Shown here: in pieces, positions 9,115-17,100 of the stretch
How positions within the stretch are numbered: the stretch's first letter is position 1
Layout: every line of letters begins with the position of its first letter
Assembly: GCA_035352955.1 (NCBI GenBank)
Contig: DAOPYQ010000007.1
Coordinates: 20,164 to 84,163, forward strand
Length of the DNA: 64,000 bases
Origin: Candidatus Omnitrophota bacterium
Lineage (GTDB): Bacteria; Omnitrophota; Omnitrophia; Omnitrophales; Aquincolibacteriaceae
Reading direction: 5' to 3'
Position numbers and translations under genes: made by a program
The notes under the pieces: model-generated
What the model was told of the DNA's origin: nothing
The model's input: the letters and a program-made list of their open reading frames with translations, nothing else
Databases searched by the model: none

Positions 9115-10451
9115 AACGCAATGTTCCTTTTCGAAACAGTCCAGTGCCGCTCGCCGGCCAGTTCGTCCCGAATCGCAACCAGATGGACCAGCGTTTTGAA
9201 TATGGTATACGCCCAAACGGTAAGGCCATAAAAAATATATTCCCCAATAGGCGCACGAGGTTTGGCGGCATTCTTGTAAGCGACCGCGGTCTGGAAAGGA
9301 CCACTCAGCATCGTAAAAACCAGTGCGAACGTGATGTAGGCATCCACCGGAAAAAAAACCTTCCCCGCCCGCCACCAGAACGCGAAAACGACCGGGAAAA
9401 GCAGCGAACTCAGAATGTCATACGCGATACGCCACAAAAGCAGCGTAGTCCAGAGGAATTTCTGCGCGAAGTTCAGATATTTCGTCCGCCAGATGGCCCA
9501 CTGGTATTTTACCGAACACTGAAACCACCCCTGTGACCACCGCTTCCGCTGGAACCAGAGGGCGCCCAGCGTCTCCGGAGAAAGTTCGGTCGACACGATC
9601 GAGGGATCGTGAACAAAATGGTAACCAGCTAGGATGCCGCGCAGCGTCGTGTCGATGTCCTCGGTCATCATGTGCTGATCGAACCGGACTTTTTTAAGAA
9701 CCCCTGCGCGCCAGTAACCGTTGGACCCGCCGAACAGGCTCGTATCGAAAATAATGGACCGCGACGGATGGTTGACGCCGTACATGATCTCGAATTCCAC
9801 ACCAACCATCGTCGTGACCAAACTTTCTTCAGTGTTCCGGATCTTGCAAAGTCCCTGCACGACATCGTAACCTTCATCCAGCCATCGCCAGGCCCGCGGC
9901 AGGCAATCCATCGAAACCAGATGATCCGCATCCATCAGCGAGATCACCTCCCCGCTTGCGAAATCGATCGCATAGTTCAGGTTCTCGCTCTTGCTGCGGG
10001 AGCCGTAAGCGTTGGCAAGGATCAGCTCGGGCCACTGGTACGCCATTTCGCGAAGCCTGAGTTCGATCGGTTCCAGGTGAGGTGTGTTATAAGCCAGGAT
10101 CACTTCGATCCCGTTCGCCGGCCGCTGCACATTCCGTAGAAGGTTGAGCAGAGTTGATTCCACGACCGCGATCTCGTTCGGCAGATATGCGCTCACGATG
10201 AATGAAACGCGCGGGACAGGCTTGTGCCCGGCAGTGGGCCGCGGCACGAATTTTCTTTTATTGAAAACGCTCAGCGTGTACCAGTAACTGAGCCCTGACT
10301 GGAAAATGAAAAGCGCAACGATCGCGTGATAGCTGATCGACAGAATGATGGGCCAGCGGTTACCTAAAACGTAAAAAAAAACGGTTGGAGCGATGGTCAG
10401 GAGAAGCAGCGCCTCGAAGATCTTGAACCATTCACGGAGGGTACGGAACAT
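9111..10451 (-). CDS. Family-2 processive glycosyltransferase, membrane-embedded polysaccharide synthase (PgaC/IcaA/NfrB-core-like)
   Basis: 2 N-terminal and 3-4 C-terminal TM helices flank a GT2 domain with DxD (MDADH), TED and QxxRW (FQRKRWSQGW) motifs. The stop is coupled to the downstream TPR/barrel gene through a 4-nt ATGA overlap. Confidence 0.85.
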   Translation of the reverse strand: MFRTLREWFKIFEALLLLTIAPTVFFYVLGNRWPIILSISYHAIVALFIFQSGLSYWYTLSVFNKRKFVPRPTAGHKPVPRVSFIVSAYLPNEIAVVESTLLNLLRNVQRPANGIEVILAYNTPHLEPIELRLREMAYQWPELILANAYGSRSKSENLNYAIDFASGEVISLMDADHLVSMDCLPRAWRWLDEGYDVVQGLCKIRNTEESLVTTMVGVEFEIMYGVNHPSRSIIFDTSLFGGSNGYWRAGVLKKVRFDQHMMTEDIDTTLRGILAGYHFVHDPSIVSTELSPETLGALWFQRKRWSQGWFQCSVKYQWAIWRTKYLNFAQKFLWTTLLLWRIAYDILSSLLFPVVFAFWWRAGKVFFPVDAYITFALVFTMLSGPFQTAVAYKNAAKPRAPIGEYIFYGLTVWAYTIFKTLVHLVAIRDELAGERHWTVSKRNIAL

Positions 10452-10468
10452 GACGGAGGAAGCGCTCC

Positions 10469-10904
10469 TCAGGGTTTCTGTGTTTTTCCGATCAGAGCAA
10501 AAATCTCTTTTTCCAGACGGACATGCCGGGCCTCATCCTGAGCCAAGGCCTTAAAGATCTCCGTCAGTTGTTTGTCCGGGACCTGCCTGGCGAGATCGCT
10601 GTAGATCTCCAGCGCATTCCGGTCGATCACATTCAGCTGGTGGAGCCTGTCCACGAACATTTCAAACTGCATACCCCCCCTCCGTCAGCTCCCGTACCAG
10701 GTTCCCGACCGTTGCTTTATGCCGCAATGTGTCTTTTTGGATGGAGGCGATGATCTCAATGATCCGTTGGCGGACCTCAGGAGGAAGCTCGGACGGAATA
10801 TGCTGCTCCTCTTGAGTCAACGCGATCAACGCCCCAGCCATGACCTCTTCCATTTCGAAACTTCGACGCAACCTGTCGATCAGTTCTTCGCGGGTGATCT
10901 TCAT
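10469..10904 (-). pseudogene. Ferritin-like (diiron E...ExxH) protein split into two overlapping frames at a G7 homopolymer
   Basis: Track ORFs 10662-10904 (80 aa, contains ...E-x17-EEQH) and 10469-10672 (67 aa, contains ...QDEARH) overlap by 11 nt exactly at GAGGGGGGG (plus-strand C7 run 10674-10680). Deleting one G fuses them into one ~146-aa two-motif ferritin-like protein. Confidence 0.5.
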
Positions 10905-10942
10905 AGAGATATACTAACCTTCCGCCTTTTAAAAACCACCAA

Positions 10943-11434
10943 TTATTCGCCGATATCTTCGCCCCAAAGGCAAGGGTTTGCGGCGATAAAATCTCTCATC
11001 ATTTCCTTGCAGGAAGCGTCGTCAAGATTGAGAAGTCTGATGCCACGTTTCCGCGAATAAGCCTCCGGCCCCTTGAACGTCCGGTTCTCACCGATCACAA
11101 CAACGGGGATCTTGTAGAGCAGGATGGCGCCGGTGCACATATCACAAGGTGACAAGGTCGAATAAATAGCGCATTCCTTGTAGTCCCGGGCCTTAAGCCG
11201 CCCGGCGTTTTCGAGGCAGTCCATTTCCGCGTGAAGGATCGCCGACCCCTTCTGGACACGCCGGTTATGCCCGCGACCGATAATCCTGCCATCCTTCACA
11301 AGGACGGAGCCGATCGGGATGCCGCCTTCCCGCATTCCCTTGCGTGCTTCTTTGATCGCTTCCCTCATGAACTTCTCGTGACACTGACGCGCCATAGGTT
11401 CCTCCACTGCTTCGAGTATTACATTAACGGTCAA
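10943..11434 (-). CDS. Cytosine deaminase of the CMP/dCMP-deaminase zinc-binding family (yeast Fcy1-like)
   Basis: HAEMDCLENAGRL ... TLSPCDMCTGAIL ... GENRTF ... CLWGEDIGE aligns closely with the Fcy1-type cytosine deaminase zinc-binding signature (H-A-E ... P-C-x2-C). The true start may be the internal Met (MARQ...). Confidence 0.75.
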   Translation of the reverse strand: MTVNVILEAVEEPMARQCHEKFMREAIKEARKGMREGGIPIGSVLVKDGRIIGRGHNRRVQKGSAILHAEMDCLENAGRLKARDYKECAIYSTLSPCDMCTGAILLYKIPVVVIGENRTFKGPEAYSRKRGIRLLNLDDASCKEMMRDFIAANPCLWGEDIGE

Positions 11435-11485
11435 TCTGTGTAAAAATCAACCCCGTCTCGAAACTGTTATGCTAGAATTTGAAAC

Positions 11486-12112
11486 ATGAGACCGCCCAAG
11501 CTTGGATTTTTCTTCCTGTTCTTTTTTCTCACCATGTCCTCCCTCTTTGCGGGCAGCATCACCAATGAAGGAGACACGCCCGTCAAGGTCTCCGGAAAAT
11601 CCGTCAACGGTATCTCGGGCAGCAGCACGATCCCTCCCGGGAAAACGGCACCCATACGCCAAAAATTCCTTTGGCTGGAACATATCCCGGAAGGCCGTGA
11701 AGGCGAGATCCGAATCAAGATCACCGAAGATAACGGAACCGTCGGCTATATCACGTCCCCCGGCGAAAAGTATTTTTTCAAAGACGTTCCGGAAAAATCC
11801 GGCTCCGAGATGGCCGCGAGCGCGACCGCGGCGCAACCGCTCAAGCCAGGATACGCGACCAATTACAGTAATGTTCAGATCTACCTGACCTTCATCAGTG
11901 ATCGCGGCGCGCAGCGGACCCAGGTCGCCATGCCGGGCCAGATGATCACGGTTCCCGAAAATACCGTCGAGGTGAGAACGGAACCGTTCAATACTTCTTA
12001 CGGAGACGCCATTATTTCTGTCACGGTCATGATGCCCGACGGTGCGATCCACAGCATCCGGTCCGCGCGCGGCTCCGTCCAACTGGGTCAAAAAGGAGAC
12101 CGTCCGTGGTAA
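11486..12112 (+). CDS. Secreted protein of unknown function, paralog 1; signal peptide plus a shared ~85-aa C-terminal module
   Basis: N-terminal signal peptide MRPPKLGFFFLFFFLTMSSLFAGS. The C-terminal module GYATNYSNVQIYLTF...MPGQMITVPENTVEVRTEP...GDAIISVTVMMPDGAIHSIRSARGSVQL is paralogous to the next gene. Confidence 0.5.
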   Translation: MRPPKLGFFFLFFFLTMSSLFAGSITNEGDTPVKVSGKSVNGISGSSTIPPGKTAPIRQKFLWLEHIPEGREGEIRIKITEDNGTVGYITSPGEKYFFKDVPEKSGSEMAASATAAQPLKPGYATNYSNVQIYLTFISDRGAQRTQVAMPGQMITVPENTVEVRTEPFNTSYGDAIISVTVMMPDGAIHSIRSARGSVQLGQKGDRPW

Positions 12113-12492
12113 AACCGCAGACATGGCTCGGCCTGTTCTGCTTCCTGTTCCTCTCCGCGACACCCTTCCTTTTCGCAGAGCCCGTGGTCGTCAATGAACA
12201 GGATTCGATCAAAACCATGGAGATCCCGGACGGCGCGGGATATGCGACCAACGACAGCAATGTTGAGATCTATCTGACCTGCGTAAACCGTGCCGGAGGT
12301 GAAGAAACGCAAGAGATCATGCCCGGCCAAACGTTGACCGTTCCGGCAGAGACCGTAGAAGTAAGGGCGGAGCTCGTGGATAGTTCGATGGGAGACGACG
12401 ACATCTCGGTAGAAATTGCTATGCCTGACGGCCAGACCCGCACCCTTCGCGCCCTTCCCGGTACGGTCCGGATTTTGCACAAAGAACCATAA
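12106..12492 (+). CDS. Secreted protein of unknown function, paralog 2
   Basis: GTG start preceded by AAAGGAGA; signal peptide MVKPQTWLGLFCFLFLSATPFLFAEP; module GYATNDSNVEIYLTC...MPGQTLTVPAETVEVRAEL...DDDISVEIAMPDGQTRTLRALPGTVRI. The corresponding nucleotides are also visibly duplicated. Confidence 0.5.
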   Translation: MVKPQTWLGLFCFLFLSATPFLFAEPVVVNEQDSIKTMEIPDGAGYATNDSNVEIYLTCVNRAGGEETQEIMPGQTLTVPAETVEVRAELVDSSMGDDDISVEIAMPDGQTRTLRALPGTVRILHKEP

Positions 12493-12554
12493 CCCGCAAA
12501 AAACAAAACCCCTTCCGGATTTTCCCGAAGCAATGTCCTTCTCGGGCGTCCCGC

Positions 12555-13304
12555 TCAGAAAACAGGAACGCCTTCGACAGGAACCACTTCCGTCCTCAGA
12601 GAACCGCCAGGATCCAGAAAAAGAGTGACGGAGTGATAAATCCTCTTCGCGGATTCGGGCAATTCGTGGATCATGGCCGCACCGCCTCCGGCAGTGACCG
12701 TGACCGGATAACCATCGGCTTCAAATTCGTAGAACCCGTGAACGTGCCCGCAAAAGATGTGGCGTATCCGCCCACGATGCGGCTCCAGGACAGTCTTCAG
12801 TTCGTTCCAGTCCTCATCTTTTAAAAATTTCCGGTTACCGGAAACCGGCGGCGGGATATGCATCAACACCAGAAAATCCTTGTCCCCGTGCGTTTCCAGG
12901 GACTGTTTCAAAAGACCGAGATCTTCCTTCGAAAAATGACCCGTGGCATTGCAAAGAAAAAAGCAGACGATCTTGTCGAGCAGCAACGCATAAGACAACC
13001 GGCCGAGAAATCGGGTGTAGCCGGCAAGATCATGGTTCCCGCGCACCGCAAAAACCGGCACGCGGACCCGGGCATCAAAAAACCGTATGAGATCCCGGAA
13101 TTCCTCGTCCAATCCCGTGAACGTAAGATCGCCGAGCATAAAAAAAAGATCGGTTTTCTGCGCGAGGATCTGCCCGAGAACTTGCTTGCTCTCATCAGAA
13201 AACCGCGTACAACCCGGATCCCCCGCCATCACGATCTTCCGGATCCCCGAAAGCCGGATCTCGGGAGAATCCACGTATTGAAGACCGCCTTTCTTCTCCG
13301 ACAT
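12555..13304 (-). CDS. Calcineurin-like metallophosphoesterase
   Basis: GDLTFTG...GNHD...GHVH phosphoesterase motifs. Confidence 0.8.
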   Translation of the reverse strand: MSEKKGGLQYVDSPEIRLSGIRKIVMAGDPGCTRFSDESKQVLGQILAQKTDLFFMLGDLTFTGLDEEFRDLIRFFDARVRVPVFAVRGNHDLAGYTRFLGRLSYALLLDKIVCFFLCNATGHFSKEDLGLLKQSLETHGDKDFLVLMHIPPPVSGNRKFLKDEDWNELKTVLEPHRGRIRHIFCGHVHGFYEFEADGYPVTVTAGGGAAMIHELPESAKRIYHSVTLFLDPGGSLRTEVVPVEGVPVF

Positions 13305-13454
13305 GGCAAACTCCTTTTCCTTTAGGGAAATACCCCGCGGTAAGAATCCAATGCTTTAGGTGGGACGATTATACTCGTTCTTAGGGAATCTGTTAATCAG
13401 GCGGGCATTATTTTTCGGGGCCGGACGATTAGCGACTCTTGTGAGTTTTATGGA

Positions 13455-13575
13455 AACTAATGGCTGGGGAACCAGGATTTGGCCCCTTCCGCTTCGCTTC
13501 AGGTAGGCCACCCGCACTTACAAACATGACATTCAGTCATGTTTTGTTCACAAGTGCTCCCCTCAAATCCTGGTG
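13455..13575. repeat. Island-terminal arm repeat (copy A). The first 18-19 nt are identical to the 3' end of tRNA-Gln; an imperfect palindrome follows.
   Basis: ctggggaaccaggatttgg at 13455-13473 equals 21533-21550 (tRNA 3' end) and 21396-21414. Downstream ...ggccacccgcacttacaaacatgacatt.agtcatgttt..acaagtgctccc.tcaaatcc.gg matches 21440-21512 at about 85-90% identity. Confidence 0.7.
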
Positions 13576-13895
13576 TTTTGGGGTGCCGTAGAGAAATTTC
13601 ATTAATTCTCACGGCAAGTTCTTGTGCATTGAGCGCAAGAGCTGCCGGATCAGGTTGAAAAGAATGGGTTATCTCTCCTCCCGGCTGATTAGAGCGGCCA
13701 TTATATTTGCCCGCATTACCCAGTACCAGCCGAATCTAGAGATACCTTCATTTCGGACATTTGACCGGACATATCAGGACAAAATGATGTCAAAAATTGC
13801 AATGCCGTACGCGGCCATCCATAAGCCGCGACGGCATAGTACTTGCGCGCTAGGCGCAAGTGTCCCTTTTGTCCTGTTTTTTGAAGGGCATTTTT

Positions 13896-13985
13896 CTGCC
13901 CTGACTTTTATTTTTTTTGGGTAGATGGTAGTCAGGACTGCCTCAATTTCCGCTTCGCGAAAATTGATAGAGATTGGGACTGCAA
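13896..13985. repeat. ~90-bp hairpin-containing repeat, intergenic copy
   Basis: ctgccctgact-(T-rich loop)-agtcaggactgcctcaatttccgcttcgc.aaattgatagagattgggactgcaa; about 80% identical to 19706-19795, which lies inside the giant CDS. Confidence 0.6.
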
Positions 13986-14090
13986 CTTATCCGCCGAAGG
14001 ACGGATCCGTCCATGTTTGTGGCGGATTCTTGCTGAATTAGATACAAAATGTCCGAGCCCAAGGGGGTGGACATTTTTAAAAATCTGCGC

Positions 14091-14115
14091 ATTCTGGGAC
14101 ATATTGTCCCAGAAT
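14091..14115 (-). terminator. Putative rho-independent terminator of the giant gene
   Basis: Perfect 11-bp stem attctgggaca/tgtcccagaat with a 3-nt loop, 14 nt past the stop at 14129. On the minus strand it is followed by GCGCAGATTTTTAAAAAT. Confidence 0.5.
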
Positions 14116-14128
14116 GGTGTAGCAGAAA

Positions 14129-17100
14129 TTATGCAGCTTTTTGAGTTTCAGATTGAGCGAGGTAAGCTTGTTCGATATCACGGAGAAGGGCATTGCCCAT
14201 AATCGTAATGAGCCGCCCATCCTTTTTGAAAGCTTGTTCGGAAACAGGATAACCGGTTTCTTGCAAGGCCCGGATCAGCTCGGCCTTAAGATCGATGGTT
14301 TCACCGGCCCCTTTCTTCTCTTTGGCAATGATAGCCACCTTAATCAGGATCGCAGCGAACAGCGCCTGGATCGCAAATTGAGTGTCCGCATCCATGTTCA
14401 TCCCCTCAGCGTTAAAGAAAAGCCCCTGGAACATTTCGTTAAGAGCGTTTGCATCCGCCGCGCTCCCAGCATCCAGAGCCATCGGAATGGCGCTTTGCCC
14501 ATCGGAAGCCGTTACGGCAATTCCGCCACGAATTTCTTTCGGGCTTAAAGGTCTTAGATTGAAAACCTCTCGCATGGCACCGCTCACTTTTTGTGCCAGC
14601 ACTTTGCCGGTATCACGATCTGAAAAGATTTCAGCTTGAAGCCCGTTTTCCAGAACAACCTTGAAAAGCTCCTCATAAAAAGACGCTAGACCAGGACCCT
14701 GGTCCTTAGAAAAATTGAGAGCGAGGGTAATCTGGGACGTGACAGGCATAGCCCCCTCGGCCCGCACGCGGCCGAACTTGAGAATCTTGGCCACACAATC
14801 CAATACCGCAGTGAGCCTCGTTCCTCCCGCCAGAGCAACTTCCTGAGTCACCGCTCTCTTAGCCAACTCCATCCCCACAACCTGTATGGCAGATCTAATC
14901 AAAGCATCAAGCTCACCTCGAACAACCACATATTCAATATGTTGCGCTTCTTCCGGGCCGAAACGCTGTGGGCTCACAGGATTCAACGCTTCCGCAACCC
15001 ATCCGCCCATTACCTCAGTAGACGTTTCATCCGTTACACGTTGTTCAGAGCGTGTAATAATAAATTCTGAAGGAAGCCGTGAGACAATAGAGGAAAATTC
15101 CGGCATTTTTTTATTTAAAACTTCGGTCACGATCTTTTTATAATCCGCAGGTTCGGTGAACTCTTCCGGCTTGAGGTCCAGTCCGGCATATTGGTTTACA
15201 AATTGAATAAATCGGCGTGCGATTTCAGGATTGATTCTCTCAAGGCCTTCTTTCGTCAGATCCTTATAAATAGAATCCCCGAGGCTGTCCTCTAACCGAT
15301 TTTGGAAATCAAAAACAAGATCGATTGCTTTTAAATAGGCCCTGATCCGTCCCCACGCCTCTCCGGAAAATCGCTGAGCCACCGCGTTGGGAATCGCATT
15401 CAATGACTCATCCAACTTGCGCCTATCACCCCGCATTACATAAAGGTTCTGACCACCACCGGGACTTCCGTTGAATGACTTAATAAGAAGTTCCATTTCG
15501 TAGATAAGTTTTCCGAGGGGGTAATCGTTTGTTCGGGCCGACCATGGAATATCCATATTTGAGGCAAGCGTTCTTAATTGAGCCTCAGTCCCGGCAAGAT
15601 GTGCCTTGTCCATGAGGTCCAATCCTTTGACTTCATCTAACCAAGTCGTCCCGTTAAAAGGATCCGTTATATTATTAGTGATCGTCATGGGAGTAAAACC
15701 ATGATCCAGAATCGATCGCTCCACAGCTTCCTGAGCGCCAAGATTTTCATCGAAATATGCAATTTGAATCTTTTTCTGGTCCAGCCATTGCCGCATCGCC
15801 TCGGGAATTTCCGCAAGCTTCCCTCGTCTGATGAGTATCCATGAGCCCTCAGGCAATTCAAAAGGTCCAACGTGCGACGTTGCAGTATGCCAAAGGTTGG
15901 CAAAGCCCTGCTTCGACGCCTCAGAAAAGGGGCTCATGAAAATTACATCAGCCGAATTGAGCATGGCGATGACACCGTTCAATGAAAACTCTACGATATT
16001 TCGAGGCAAACTCTCAAGAGGATGTTCCCCCTCAAAATAAGAATTAGGATAAAGTGCAATCCTTTTTCCATCCCAGACAAGACCTTGGGCGGCATGAACC
16101 AAAACCATGCCTTCGGGTCGCAAAGCACCGTCAGGACCGATCAGGGGTTGAGGTTTCCCACGTTCATCCTGCTCCTGCTGATAGAGAAGCTTCTGTTTCA
16201 GCTGGTGGACCTGATCTAGAACCCCAGATATTTTCTGAAGGCTCGAATCTCTTTCACCCGCAAAGGGATCCTCATTCGACAGCTTTGCTAATTTCGAAAA
16301 ACCCTCGGCTTCCAGGTTTACGGAGGGAAACCAGGCGCCTTTTTCAAAATTTCCTCCCCACAAGCCATTTCCGTCGACAAACTTTGCAGCTGCTGAAAAG
16401 AGCCCAGCGAGCTTGATGCAGGTTGAAGCTGAAATTCCAGAATTTTGAGAAAGCTGTGCGATCTTTTCAGCTCCCCAATCATCGGAACTTCGGATATAAC
16501 GGTTTTCTTCCTGGCTCCAAGGCAACTCGATAGGAGCATTCAAATAACTGGAAATAGCCAACGCTGTATCTGTTTCTCGTCGCGTGAATCCTAAATCCGT
16601 CATTACCCGCTCGATCACTTCTTTCATGAGTCGGTCCCGGTAATCGTAAAATCTTTCATTTTCACCCCTTTCAGGAACGGGGACACCCGCCTTTAAGAGC
16701 AAGTCGATCAAAGATCGATCGTCTTTACTGAACCAGGCATTTGCAGTAACAGTTTGCATATCCTGCAAAACTGCAAGGATCCGAATCACGGCTGCGATCC
16801 TGATTCCTGGCACCGCAGGAATTCCGTAAGATCGGAGCAATGGTTCAAGAATTCTAAAATAGCGCCTTTTTGCATCTATTAAATTGATATCGTGCCAGCG
16901 CACAAGCCTTCCGGCAGTGTTCACGTCATCCCGCGCCAAATGCCGGGTAAAGATCTTTTCTAGGTCCGGGTAATGCCGAAGAAAAAATTGGACGGGATCT
17001 CCTTCACCAGCTTCGAGAAAAGCGCTATCGTTTTCGGCGAACGCCACTGTAGGGGAAAGCTCAGGGTCAAGATACTGACGGGCCCTGTTCAAGAAAGCTT

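Noticed and set aside
8086-9231. 381-aa plus-strand ORF
   Set aside because: Antisense to the TPR/beta-barrel export gene; low-complexity translation.
11447-12480. Minus-strand ORFs 11447-12163 (238 aa) and 12088-12480 (130 aa)
   Set aside because: They overlap the two plus-strand paralogous genes. Only the plus-strand frames give signal peptides and an RBS (AAAGGAGA before the GTG at 12106). The minus-strand products are Arg/Gly-rich with no features.
12492-12555. Possible bidirectional terminator between the convergent secreted-protein gene and the phosphoesterase gene
   Set aside because: The candidate stem (cttccgg...cccgaag) has mismatches and no clear U-tract; not reported as a feature.
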